From contig JAJYMC010000040.1 in the NCBI GenBank assembly GCA_021787335.1, forward strand, positions 8,314 to 72,313: 64,000 nucleotides of DNA, given 5' to 3'. Both the position numbers and the translations under genes were made by a program. The DNA comes from Bacillota bacterium (GTDB taxonomy: Bacteria; Bacillota; Sulfobacillia; JAJYWN01; JAJZPE01). Under the pieces are notes generated by a model, which did no database searches, was not told where the DNA came from, and worked only from the letters and a program-made list of their open reading frames with translations. Shown one piece after another: positions 35,510-47,000 of this stretch; position 1 is the stretch's first letter, and each line of letters opens with the position of its first letter.

Positions 35510-35943
35510 CTCGGTTCACCTCGCCTTTCGGACCGCGGTCCGCCGCCGGACCCGGCCAGAGTCTGGCCGCAATAGGGACAGACCTGCCAGCCCGGCTCGG
35601 TCGGCCGCCCGCAATTGGGGCAACGCGAGTCGTGGCGATACCCGTGGCCGGCGCCGTCGTGGTGATACCCGCGGCCGGCGCCGTGGCGGTTGCCGATGAG
35701 CAGGTAGATGACCAGAACCACGAGGCCGATGATGAGGATGGTCCAGAGCGGGTTCCATAGACCGTAACCGTAACTTCCCATGAAGCCGCCGGGGCCGTGC
35801 ATCCAGTACATCATCCCGCCCATGGGGCCATAGAAGCCTCTTTGCCAATAGCCGGAGTAGGCCCAGTAGCCGAAGAGGTTGTACCCGACCACCGCCAGGA
35901 CCAGGACGGCGAGGGCGGCCCAGATCCACCAATTACGCCTCAC
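35506..35943 (-). CDS. Two-TM protein with Gly/Tyr/Met-rich loop, His-rich repeat and C-terminal zinc ribbon
   Basis: Order is TM1, loop GYWQRGFYGPMGGMMYWMHGPGGFMGSYGYG, TM2, HGAGRGYHHDGAGHGYRHD, then CPNCG..CPYCG. Confidence 0.65.
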   Translation of the reverse strand: MRRNWWIWAALAVLVLAVVGYNLFGYWAYSGYWQRGFYGPMGGMMYWMHGPGGFMGSYGYGLWNPLWTILIIGLVVLVIYLLIGNRHGAGRGYHHDGAGHGYRHDSRCPNCGRPTEPGWQVCPYCGQTLAGSGGGPRSERRGEPR

Positions 35944-35954
35944 GTTCGCTCACC

Positions 35955-36935
35955 TCACTTGGGCGCACCCAGCCAGCCAAAGCCGGCCTGACCGGTGTAG
36001 CCGTTGACGAGGACCGCCGGGCCAGACTTGCCGCCGCCCGCGGTCTGGAACTCGTAATAGCCGTAGAAGGCGACCGGCGAACCCTGAACGGCCAGGGTGT
36101 TGCCCTGGTTGGAGGCCAGGAAGCCGGCGGCCGCCTTGGCCGCGTTGGCGGCGTTGACGGTCATCTCGGGAATCTGGACGGTGGCGCCGTTGGCCGAAGC
36201 GCCCGGAGTGACCGCGGGACCAACGCCCGGTACCATGCCGTTACCGCGGAAGCCGCAGCCGTAACCAGGCCCGGGGCCGTAGCCCGCGGCGTAACCCGGA
36301 CCATAGCCCGGACCGTAGACGGTCCCGCTGACGCCGTACTTGACGTCCCAGTGCATGGCCAGACCCATCTCGCGGGCGGCCAGGCCGCTGCCCTTATCGA
36401 CGACCACGTTGAAAGCGGCGTGGCCCGTGCTCTTCTCGGCGACCAGGAACGACCAGGCCCGCTCGTATTCGGTCGGCGCGCCGGCGACGACCAGGTCTTT
36501 GCCGGTGGTGCCGAGGCCGCTGAGGTATTTGTCAACGGCCTTGGCCGCCTGGTCCTGCGTGATGGTGGCGACGTTGGCCGGGAGGGTGCCGCTTCCATAT
36601 CCATAGGCGCCCATCATCCCGTAGCCGGGGCCATAAGCGGTACTGTAACCGGCGGCATAGCCGCCCATCATCCCATAACCGGAGCCGTAGCCCGCGCCAT
36701 AGCCGGAGCTGTAGCCCGCGCCATACGTGGAGCCGTAACCCGCGGCGTAGCCGCCCATCATCCCATACCCGCCGAAGCCGTACGTCTGGCCGTTGGCCGC
36801 GGTCTGAGAAGCCACCGGATAGGCCGTTTGGTAGGCCCGTGCTTGAGCGCTGGCCTTGACTTGCCAGAAGCCGAAGACGCCCAAGCCGATCAGGGCCAGG
36901 CTGAGAGCGGTGAGAAAGATACGTCGTCTCGACAT
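35955..36935 (-). CDS. Membrane-anchored protein with two Gly/Tyr/Met-rich low-complexity blocks, each followed by a PepSY-like domain
   Basis: MSRRRIFLTAL... anchor, with GYG/MMGGYAAGY repeats. The start at 36935 (GAGGGGG RBS) is preferred because the upstream GTG at 36992 lies only about 14 nt from the -12 promoter element. Confidence 0.6.
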   Translation of the reverse strand: MSRRRIFLTALSLALIGLGVFGFWQVKASAQARAYQTAYPVASQTAANGQTYGFGGYGMMGGYAAGYGSTYGAGYSSGYGAGYGSGYGMMGGYAAGYSTAYGPGYGMMGAYGYGSGTLPANVATITQDQAAKAVDKYLSGLGTTGKDLVVAGAPTEYERAWSFLVAEKSTGHAAFNVVVDKGSGLAAREMGLAMHWDVKYGVSGTVYGPGYGPGYAAGYGPGPGYGCGFRGNGMVPGVGPAVTPGASANGATVQIPEMTVNAANAAKAAAGFLASNQGNTLAVQGSPVAFYGYYEFQTAGGGKSGPAVLVNGYTGQAGFGWLGAPK

Positions 36936-37004
36936 TAGTGATGCCCCCTCTTGGAGAGGCCGGCGCAATGAGCCGGCCATTGTAGAATTCACTGTGATTA
37001 TCCA

Positions 37005-37020
37005 AGCATAGACCGTGCCA
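37005..37020 (-). promoter_or_regulatory. Sigma-54 (-24/-12) promoter TGGCACGGTCTATGCT
   Basis: The minus strand reads TGGCAC-GGTCT-ATGCT. The GG and GC are at the canonical spacing, with one mismatch to TGGCAC-N5-TTGCW. It lies 70 nt upstream of the ATG at 36935 and next to a sigma-54 activator gene. Confidence 0.7.
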
Positions 37021-37102
37021 ACTTCTTGGCGGAGGCCATAAATGGCTTAACGACGCGGTTTTACAGACCGCTAGACCCGCGCGCCCGAAACGCGATTTTC
37101 CT

Positions 37103-37137
37103 CCTCGGTGTCGCAAAACAAGCAGTTGCGACCGAGG
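37103..37137. promoter_or_regulatory. Inverted repeat CCTCGGTGTCGCAA-N9-TTGCGACCGAGG; candidate enhancer (UAS) for the NtrC-type activator
   Basis: Read directly. It lies about 85-115 bp upstream of the -24 element. Confidence 0.4.
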
Positions 37138-37146
37138 ATGATGGCG

Positions 37147-37181
37147 CAAAACAAACAACCGCCCGCGGTTTATACGGGCGG
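37147..37181 (-). terminator. Rho-independent terminator after the response-regulator gene
   Basis: The minus strand reads CCGCCCG-tataaaccg-CGGGCGG followed by TTGTTTGTTTTG. Confidence 0.6.
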
Positions 37182-37185
37182 CACA

Positions 37186-38607
<1,422 letters not shown>

Positions 38608-38663
38608 GGCTCAACCTCCAAAGGAAAGGGCCGTCCCAAGGGACGGCTCAAGGTGCGACCGGC

Positions 38664-39845
38664 TCATCGCGCGACCGGCAGGCTGACCCGGAAGGTCGTC
38701 CCCTGCGGCCCCGACTCGACCTCGATGAAACCGCCGTGGGCATCGACGATGCGGTGGGCGACGGCGAGGCCGAGCCCGGTCCCCGTGGGCTTCGTCGTGT
38801 AGAAGGGGTCGAAGATGCGGGCCAGGTCGGGCTCGGGGATCCCCGGGCCGGTGTCGGCCACGACGAAGGTGACATAACCGGCATCGTCGTGGCTACGCCG
38901 GACGCCGACGTCGCGGTTCCGCCGGGCGCCGATGGTCAGCTCGCCGCCATTGGGCATCGCCTCGACGGCGTTGATGATCAGGTTCAGCAGTACCTGGCGC
39001 AGTTGGGAGTCATCGGCCGGCACCGGCGGCAGATCCTCCTCGATCTCCACCTCGACCGTCACGCGGTGTTCGGGTAGGAACCTCCCAAGCATCGCCAGGG
39101 TGGCCTCGATCGTCTCATGCGGGTCGACGTCGGCGAAGGCCGGCTCGGACGGGCGGCCGAACCCGATGAACTGCGTCAGGCGCGCGTTCACCCGGTCGCA
39201 TTCGTCCCTGATGACCCGGGTGAATTCGGCGACGTGCTCGTCCCCGGCGAACTCGCGCTCCATGACCTGGACCGTGGTCCTGACCACGCTGAGAGGGTTC
39301 TTTATCTCGTGGGCCACGCCCGCCACGAGCTGGCCCAGGGCGGCCAGCTTATCCGCCCGCCGGACCTGCTCCTCGAGCTCCTTCTTCTCGCTCAGGCGGC
39401 GTTCCAGCTCGCGGTTCATCTCCTCGATGCGGCCTGCCCGCCGCTCCAGCTCCTCGCGGGCCTCCCGCTGTTCCTCGGCGTAGAGCAGAGCCTCGCGGCG
39501 CCGCCGCCAGCCGACCTCCTGCAACAGCCCGGCCATCCAACCGGCCCCGTTGAGGATGAGGACGTCGACGGCGGCCGGCAGGACCCCGTGTTCCGGCCGC
39601 CCGATGAAGAGGACCACCCACGGGGCGTAGAGCAACGAGGCGACGATGGGCGCGACGACCCCACCGGCCAGCCCGAAGCGCAGCCCGGCGTAGATGACCG
39701 GCAGATAATAGGCCGCCCGGTACAACGCGTGGTAGGCGAGCTGCTCGGGCGGGGTGGCGTAATGGAGATAGGTGATGACGGCCAGGGCCGCGCCGATGAG
39801 CGCGATATCGAGGGCGCGGCCCGGACCGAAGGCGTTCTTGCGCAT
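38664..39845 (-). CDS. Sensor histidine kinase with membrane-embedded N-terminal region (about 4 TM, no large external loop)
   Basis: H-box AHEIKNPL plus N/G boxes (NAVEAM, DTGPGI, GTGLGLAV). The ATG at 39845 was chosen, and the longer track ORF runs antisense-free through ccmD/ccmC in another frame. Confidence 0.85.
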   Translation of the reverse strand: MRKNAFGPGRALDIALIGAALAVITYLHYATPPEQLAYHALYRAAYYLPVIYAGLRFGLAGGVVAPIVASLLYAPWVVLFIGRPEHGVLPAAVDVLILNGAGWMAGLLQEVGWRRRREALLYAEEQREAREELERRAGRIEEMNRELERRLSEKKELEEQVRRADKLAALGQLVAGVAHEIKNPLSVVRTTVQVMEREFAGDEHVAEFTRVIRDECDRVNARLTQFIGFGRPSEPAFADVDPHETIEATLAMLGRFLPEHRVTVEVEIEEDLPPVPADDSQLRQVLLNLIINAVEAMPNGGELTIGARRNRDVGVRRSHDDAGYVTFVVADTGPGIPEPDLARIFDPFYTTKPTGTGLGLAVAHRIVDAHGGFIEVESGPQGTTFRVSLPVAR

Positions 39846-39874
39846 TGGGAACCCGTTCCCCAGCGTTCGCGTGG

Positions 39875-40033
39875 CTAGTTCGCCCGCTTTTCGACGGCGC
39901 TCTTGATGAGTTCCAGGTCCTGAGCCAGCTTGCGCTGGCGGGCGCCGATGCTGAGAGTGTACCCGAAGACGACCACCCAGATGACGGTGTAGGCGGCGAA
40001 CAGATAAGGCAACGCTTTCGCGGCTGACGGCAT
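39875..40033 (-). CDS. ccmD: CcmD-like small membrane protein (52 aa), below the track threshold
   Basis: AAAGGAGA RBS. The product is MPSAAKALPYLFAAYTVIWVVVFGYTLSIGARQRKLAQDLELIKSAVEKRAN, which has one TM helix and a basic/coiled tail, in the position after ccmC. Confidence 0.55.
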   Translation of the reverse strand: MPSAAKALPYLFAAYTVIWVVVFGYTLSIGARQRKLAQDLELIKSAVEKRAN

Positions 40034-40066
40034 TCGACTGATCTCCTTTCAGATGCTCGACTGGGC

Positions 40067-40792
40067 CTACCTGGTCCCCTGCAGGCGCTCCTTGAGCTGC
40101 GCCACCTCGTCCTGCATGGCCTCCACCCGCAGGCGGTTGATGAGGAGGTAGACGAAGAGGAAGCTGAAGGCGACAAAGCTGACGATCATCGTCTGAAGCA
40201 TGGACTTCTCCATCGCCGCGCCCTGCCAGCTGATGACCACCGGGTGGATGGTCCGCCACCAGCGGATGGAGAAGAAGACGATGGGCACGTCGATGAAGCC
40301 GAGGATCCCGAAGACCGCGGCGAAGCGGGCCCGCTTCTCGGGCTCGTCGGCGGCCATCCGGATGAGCAGGTAGGCGACGTAGATGAACCACAGGATGAGG
40401 GTCGTGGTCAGGCGCGGGTCCCAGGTCCACCACTGGTTCCACGAGATCTTGCCCCAGATGGGCCCGGTGATCAGGACCAGGCTGGTGAAGAGGACGCCGA
40501 TCTCGGCCGACGAGTAGGCCAGCGCGTCATAGCGCCGCTCGCCCTTGGCGAGATAGAGGATGCTGGCCACGAAGACCACCCCGAAGGCCAGGAGGGCGTT
40601 CCAGGCCGAGGCCACGTGGAAGTAGAAGATGCGCTGGATGAGGCCGAGGGTCGCGTCGTCGGGCACGTACATGAAGATCATGTACTGGGCCACGGCGATG
40701 AGGATGAAGGTGATGACGGCGATGGAGCCGAGCCCGCCGCGCCCGGGTCGGAGGCCGGCGGACGGCCTGGTGGCGGGCTTTTGCTGAGGCAT
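40067..40792 (-). CDS. ccmC: Heme exporter/cytochrome c maturation protein CcmC
   Basis: Trp-rich WWD motif WNQWWTWDPRLT in a multi-TM protein. Confidence 0.9.
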   Translation of the reverse strand: MPQQKPATRPSAGLRPGRGGLGSIAVITFILIAVAQYMIFMYVPDDATLGLIQRIFYFHVASAWNALLAFGVVFVASILYLAKGERRYDALAYSSAEIGVLFTSLVLITGPIWGKISWNQWWTWDPRLTTTLILWFIYVAYLLIRMAADEPEKRARFAAVFGILGFIDVPIVFFSIRWWRTIHPVVISWQGAAMEKSMLQTMIVSFVAFSFLFVYLLINRLRVEAMQDEVAQLKERLQGTR

Positions 40793-40813
40793 CGTGTGGG
40801 ACTCCCCCTCTCC

Positions 40814-41491
40814 TTACACTTCCAGGAGGTATTCGAAGAGCAGGAACGGGACGGCGATGAAGATGGCGTCGTAGACGGCGAGGACCTTGAACCAGGTGAC
40901 GAAGTCGTCCAGGGGCAGGCCCCCGAACACGCCGCGGGTGGCCTCGACGGCCCCGATGACGACCGGGATGATGATCGGGAAGAGGATCACCGGCAACAGC
41001 ACCTCGCTGGCCTTGGTGTTGGCGGTGAGGGCGGCGAGGAAGGTGCCGATGGCCACGAAGCCCAGGGTCGCCAGGAGGATGACGGCGATGGCCAGGAGCC
41101 ACGAGCCGGATGGGGCGTAGTTGTAGATGACGATGAAGACCGGCAGGGCGATGACCTCGACGATGGTCATGAAGGCCCAGGTGCCGAGGAGCTTGCCGAA
41201 GTAGATGGCGCTGTGGTCGACGGGCGACAGCATCAGGCCGTGGAGGGCGTCGTTCAGCCTTTCATTGGCGAAAGACCGGTTCAGGCCGAGGATCCCGGCG
41301 AAGAAGAAAGCCACCCAGATGAGGCCGCCGAAGATGCTGCGGACCTCGTCGCGGGACGGGTCGAAGGCAAAGGCGAAGATGACGATGACCAGGAGGGCGA
41401 AGATCAGCATGGCGCTGATCATCTCCTTGGTCCGGAACTCGGCCCGGAGGTCCTTCCAGGCGAGGAGGCCGACCTTGCGGAGGAAGCTCAT
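40814..41491 (-). CDS. ccmB: Heme exporter protein CcmB
   Basis: 225-aa six-TM CcmB-like sequence overlapping ccmA by 4 nt. Confidence 0.85.
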   Translation of the reverse strand: MSFLRKVGLLAWKDLRAEFRTKEMISAMLIFALLVIVIFAFAFDPSRDEVRSIFGGLIWVAFFFAGILGLNRSFANERLNDALHGLMLSPVDHSAIYFGKLLGTWAFMTIVEVIALPVFIVIYNYAPSGSWLLAIAVILLATLGFVAIGTFLAALTANTKASEVLLPVILFPIIIPVVIGAVEATRGVFGGLPLDDFVTWFKVLAVYDAIFIAVPFLLFEYLLEV

Positions 41492-42231
41492 CGCGTCGCC
41501 TCCTCCGCTCCCGCGCCGTCGCCTGTGCCCCCGGCCGCGGCCCGGTAGCGCCGGTTCAGCTCATCGAGGGTCAGGTCGGCGGCGGCCTCGTCGAGGGCGA
41601 TCTGCCCGCGGACGACGACCACGACCCGGTCGGCCATGGCCAGCCCCTGGTCGAACTGGTGGGTGATCATGACGATGGCCCGGTCGGGCCCGCGGAGCGA
41701 GTTGAGGACGGACGACAGGGTCTCGGACGCCTGCGGGTCGAGGCCGGTGTACGGCTCGTCCAGAAAGAGCAGGGACGGCCGGTGGATGATGGCCCGGGCG
41801 ATGGCCAGCCGCTGGACCATGCCCCGCGAGAACGTCCGCACCGGCTCGTTGAAGAACAGCTCCAGCCCGACCTCGGCGAGGACCTCGTCGATGCGCGCCG
41901 CGAGGTCCGGGACATCGTAGAGCCGCCCGTAGAAGTACAGGTTCTCCCGGGCGGTCAGGGCGTCGTAGAGGTAGCTGTGGTGCGAGATGACACCGAACTG
42001 CCGCCGGACCTCGGCCGGCACCTCGGCCAGGTCGCGCCCGTCGATGAGGACGCGGCCGCTGCTCGGCTTGAGCAGCCCGGTGAGGATGCGGAGCAGCGTC
42101 GTCTTCCCCGCGCCGTTGGGCCCGAGGATGGTCAGGAAGCGGCCGCGCTCAACGGTCAGGTCAATGTCCCTGAGGATGAGCCTGGGGCCGATCCGCTTAC
42201 TGACGTGGGTGGCGACGATGGCCGGCGTCAT
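41488..42231 (-). CDS. ccmA: Heme ABC exporter ATP-binding protein CcmA
   Basis: Walker A GPNGAGKTT, FSRGMVQRLAIARA, Walker B LLFLDEPYTGLD. Confidence 0.88.
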   Translation of the reverse strand: MTPAIVATHVSKRIGPRLILRDIDLTVERGRFLTILGPNGAGKTTLLRILTGLLKPSSGRVLIDGRDLAEVPAEVRRQFGVISHHSYLYDALTARENLYFYGRLYDVPDLAARIDEVLAEVGLELFFNEPVRTFSRGMVQRLAIARAIIHRPSLLFLDEPYTGLDPQASETLSSVLNSLRGPDRAIVMITHQFDQGLAMADRVVVVVRGQIALDEAAADLTLDELNRRYRAAAGGTGDGAGAEEATR

Positions 42232-42234
42232 GAA

Positions 42235-43284
42235 CTATCCCTTCCCGGCCTGCCGCAAAGCCAGGATGACCTGGACCAGTTCGGCCTTGACGGCGGCCCG
42301 TTCAGCTTCGTGGGTCGTGTCGTCGAGCTCGCCGGCCTGGTGGCGCCGGTCGAGCGAGGCGATCTCCTTTATGAGTTCGGACTTGCGGGCCAAGAGTTCG
42401 TCCTCCGGGCCGGAGGCCGCGGCGACTGCCGCGGCGCGCTTGGCCGCGGCGGGCGAGGCGGACGTGGCGGTCGCGGCCGACGCGGCGCCGTTGGCGGCGC
42501 GTGACCTGGACCCCAGATAAGAGTAGACGCCCCAGGCCACGACGACGAGCCCGAGAATCAGGAGGGCGATGGGTAGCGGGCCGCCGGACGTCAGGCGCCC
42601 GAAGAGGCCCTTCGGCGCCGGCTGCGCGGTGGTATCCGTCCCGTGCGGGTTGGTGGCCGGGGTCGTCGACCCGCTGCTCGGTCCCTTGGCCCAGTTTATC
42701 TTGAGGGTCGTCCCGGCCGGGGTGTTCTCCCGGTGGTACTCCTGGAAGACGGCGTCGTTGAGGCTCACCGTCTCACCGGCCGTCAGGTCGGAGGTCCCGC
42801 CCAGGTTGAGCTGGTCGACCTGGACGACGATGGAGAAATTGCCGGTCAGGTAGACGACCTTCCGGTCGATGGTCCCCTTCCCCTGGTCGCCCGCCGGCAG
42901 GCGGTAGGTGAAGGCCACGTCGAGCTGCTGGCCAGCCTCCAGCGGGTCACGGGCGATGAAGCCGTCCTTGGTCTTGTCGACCTGGGTGTCGGTCAGGCCC
43001 TGGCGGAAAGACAGCTCGGTGAAACCCGCGGGGAGGGAGAAGGTCAGGTGGTCGGCCTTCTTCGTCGAGCCGTTGATGATCCGGACGGCGTCGGTGACGA
43101 TCAGGCCCTTGTCGTCCAGCCGGAGCACGAGATGCTCGGTGTCGACGCCGAGAACGCCCGCGGGCAGGCTGCTCGCGGCGGGGGCGGCGTCGGCGGCGTG
43201 GGCCGGGGCGGCCGGCAGGGGCAGCCCGGCGAGGACGAGGGTTGCGGCGAGGAAGACGGTGACGGCGAGGTTCCGCTGGCTCAT
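42235..43284 (-). CDS. Uncharacterised bitopic protein inside the ccm operon (signal peptide, beta-rich ectodomain, TM, cytoplasmic coiled coil)
   Basis: 349-aa ORF tightly packed between the 43289 gene and ccmA. No family was recognised. Confidence 0.6.
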   Translation of the reverse strand: MSQRNLAVTVFLAATLVLAGLPLPAAPAHAADAAPAASSLPAGVLGVDTEHLVLRLDDKGLIVTDAVRIINGSTKKADHLTFSLPAGFTELSFRQGLTDTQVDKTKDGFIARDPLEAGQQLDVAFTYRLPAGDQGKGTIDRKVVYLTGNFSIVVQVDQLNLGGTSDLTAGETVSLNDAVFQEYHRENTPAGTTLKINWAKGPSSGSTTPATNPHGTDTTAQPAPKGLFGRLTSGGPLPIALLILGLVVVAWGVYSYLGSRSRAANGAASAATATSASPAAAKRAAAVAAASGPEDELLARKSELIKEIASLDRRHQAGELDDTTHEAERAAVKAELVQVILALRQAGKG

Positions 43285-43288
43285 GGGT

Positions 43289-43794
43289 TCACGCCCTCCG
43301 GGTCTGATTGGACGGCTTGCCGGTCGGCTTGCCGCATTGATGACAGAACTTCTGGCCCGCGCGCAGGAGCCGCGCGCCGCATTCCGGACAGTAGCCCGCC
43401 GAAGTCGGGGTCTCGGCCAGGCTACCCCCGAGTTCGGCCTGCACCGTCGCCTGGACGGCCGCCTCGACCTCGGCTTCGACCTCGGCCTCGATCTCCGCTT
43501 CGATCTCGGCTTCGAGTTCCGCCTCGACCTCGTCGTCAGCGGCGCCCGGTGAACCGCCGCCGGTCCGGGTCAATTCGCCCCGGGCGGCGCGGTAATCGTC
43601 CTCGTTCATCTTGCCCATCCGGTAGTCGTATTCGAGGTCACGGAGCTGAGCGGCCCCGTCCCCGGACGGCGCGGTCGCGGTGGCCAGCCCGTCGGTGTGG
43701 CCGTACTCCTCGTCGCCGGAGATGAGCGGCAACCCGATAAGGGCGCCGGCGGCGACGATGAGGACCAACGTGCCCAGGATGCCAATGAGGCTCA

Positions 43795-43795
<1 letters not shown>
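43289..43795 (-). CDS. Uncharacterised TM protein with CcmI-like N-terminal motif, acidic (EAExEA)n repeat and C-terminal zinc ribbon
   Basis: The order is a TM helix, LRDLEYDYRMGKMNEDDYRAARGEL, EAELEAEIEAEIEAEVEAEVEA, then CPECG...CHQCG. The start overlaps the ccmF stop. Confidence 0.55.
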
Positions 43796-45933
<2,138 letters not shown>

Positions 45934-45937
45934 GCTT

Positions 45938-46366
45938 TCACTTCCCTCCCGCGGGTTGGGATTCGTACTTCGAGGGGCACTTGACGAGGATGTTGTTGAC
46001 GTCGAAGGAACCGTCGCCCGCGACCTTACCCTCGATGACGATGTCCCGGCCGTCGTCCATCCCGTCGGGCTTGATCCCGTGGTAGACGGCGGAGACGCGG
46101 TTCGTCCCGTCGGTCAGGTCGAAGGTCAGGAGGATCTTGGTCGCGTCCCACTTGAGCGAGGACCCGTCGAGCTTCCCGGTGACCCGAACGGACCGGGTCC
46201 CAAGCGTCGCGGCCTTGGCCTTCATCTCGGAGACGGTGAGGTAGTAGGTGGCGGATCGCGAGATACCCGTGAAGACCAGGTATCCGAGGGCGACAAAGAC
46301 CACGGTCACGCCGATGGCGATGCGGGCTCGTTTGCTCACGGCGAATGCGCTCCTCGATGGTGCCAT
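45938..46366 (-). CDS. ccmE: Cytochrome c maturation heme chaperone CcmE, Cys-variant (CxxxY)
   Basis: TM anchor plus OB-fold sequence (VRVTGKL...IVIEGKV). The C-terminal motif is LVKCPSKY where canonical CcmE has HxxxY. Confidence 0.88.
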   Translation of the reverse strand: MAPSRSAFAVSKRARIAIGVTVVFVALGYLVFTGISRSATYYLTVSEMKAKAATLGTRSVRVTGKLDGSSLKWDATKILLTFDLTDGTNRVSAVYHGIKPDGMDDGRDIVIEGKVAGDGSFDVNNILVKCPSKYESQPAGGK

Positions 46367-46718
46367 ATTTCACAAAAGTCCAGCCAAGTGAGGCCTAGGC
46401 TAATGATAGTCTGCCTGTGTAATAATGGACAATCTCTGCCACCCCCGGCTTTTGGCCTCTTTGCCCCAATAAGCTTTTACATTCTATCGTTTGCGCTTCT
46501 TTTCGCCGCCCCTATTGTGTCCGCCCGGTAATCCAGCGATTCCAAATCCAGGTAAGACAAGGCTCAGGGACCCATCGCGCCCGCGAACCCGCGCCACATA
46601 AGGGCGGCCGACATCTGCCGGCCGCCCCATCGTTGTCCTATCGAGCTTTGCGCCCCACGCGAGGCGGGGCGTTAAGAATTCTTTGCCCGAACCGAAGCCC
46701 TGTTTTACTGTCGGGACC

Positions 46719-46934
46719 TTAATCCGCGACCCCGTAGCCGGCCGCGGAGACGGCCCGGCGGAAATCATCCAGGCCGACCTTGTCCGTGTCGTAGTTCAGG
46801 GTGACGTCGCCGGTGCCCAGGTTGACATCGACGTCCCTGACCCCGTCGAGGCCGGAGAGCGCCTTGTGGACGGCCATCTTGCAGTGGCCGCAACTCATCC
46901 CGGTGACCTTGATGACCTTCTTCGTCTCAGACAT
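46719..46934 (-). CDS. copZ: Copper chaperone CopZ (HMA domain)
   Basis: GMSCGHCK metal-binding motif. The ATG at 46934 lies behind a GGAGGTG RBS. Confidence 0.9.
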   Translation of the reverse strand: MSETKKVIKVTGMSCGHCKMAVHKALSGLDGVRDVDVNLGTGDVTLNYDTDKVGLDDFRRAVSAAGYGVAD

Positions 46935-47000
46935 TCGGTTCACCTCCATCAAGATTGTCAGTCCCGGCCGGCCCCTGGTGGGAACCGTTATAACAGGCCC

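Noticed and set aside
39846-40442. Upstream extension of the histidine-kinase ORF to 592 aa.
   Set aside because: The extension overlaps ccmD and the 3' end of ccmC in another frame and has Arg/Pro/His-rich nonsense composition. The kinase membrane domain starts cleanly at the ATG at 39845.
43440-43530. Periodic GCCTCGACCTCG / GCTTCGATCTCG repeat that looks like a noncoding satellite.
   Set aside because: It lies in frame inside the 43289-43795 gene and encodes the acidic (EAExEA)n tract, so it is coding low complexity. The same reasoning applies to the AAKPS duplication in ccmF at about 45480-45545.
46367-46718. 350-bp lower-GC intergenic region between ccmE and copZ, examined for an RNA gene or riboswitch.
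   Set aside because: Only weak hairpins were seen (for example CGCCCC..GGGGCG near 46650). The region plausibly holds just the copZ terminator and the ccm promoter, and I cannot support any specific element.
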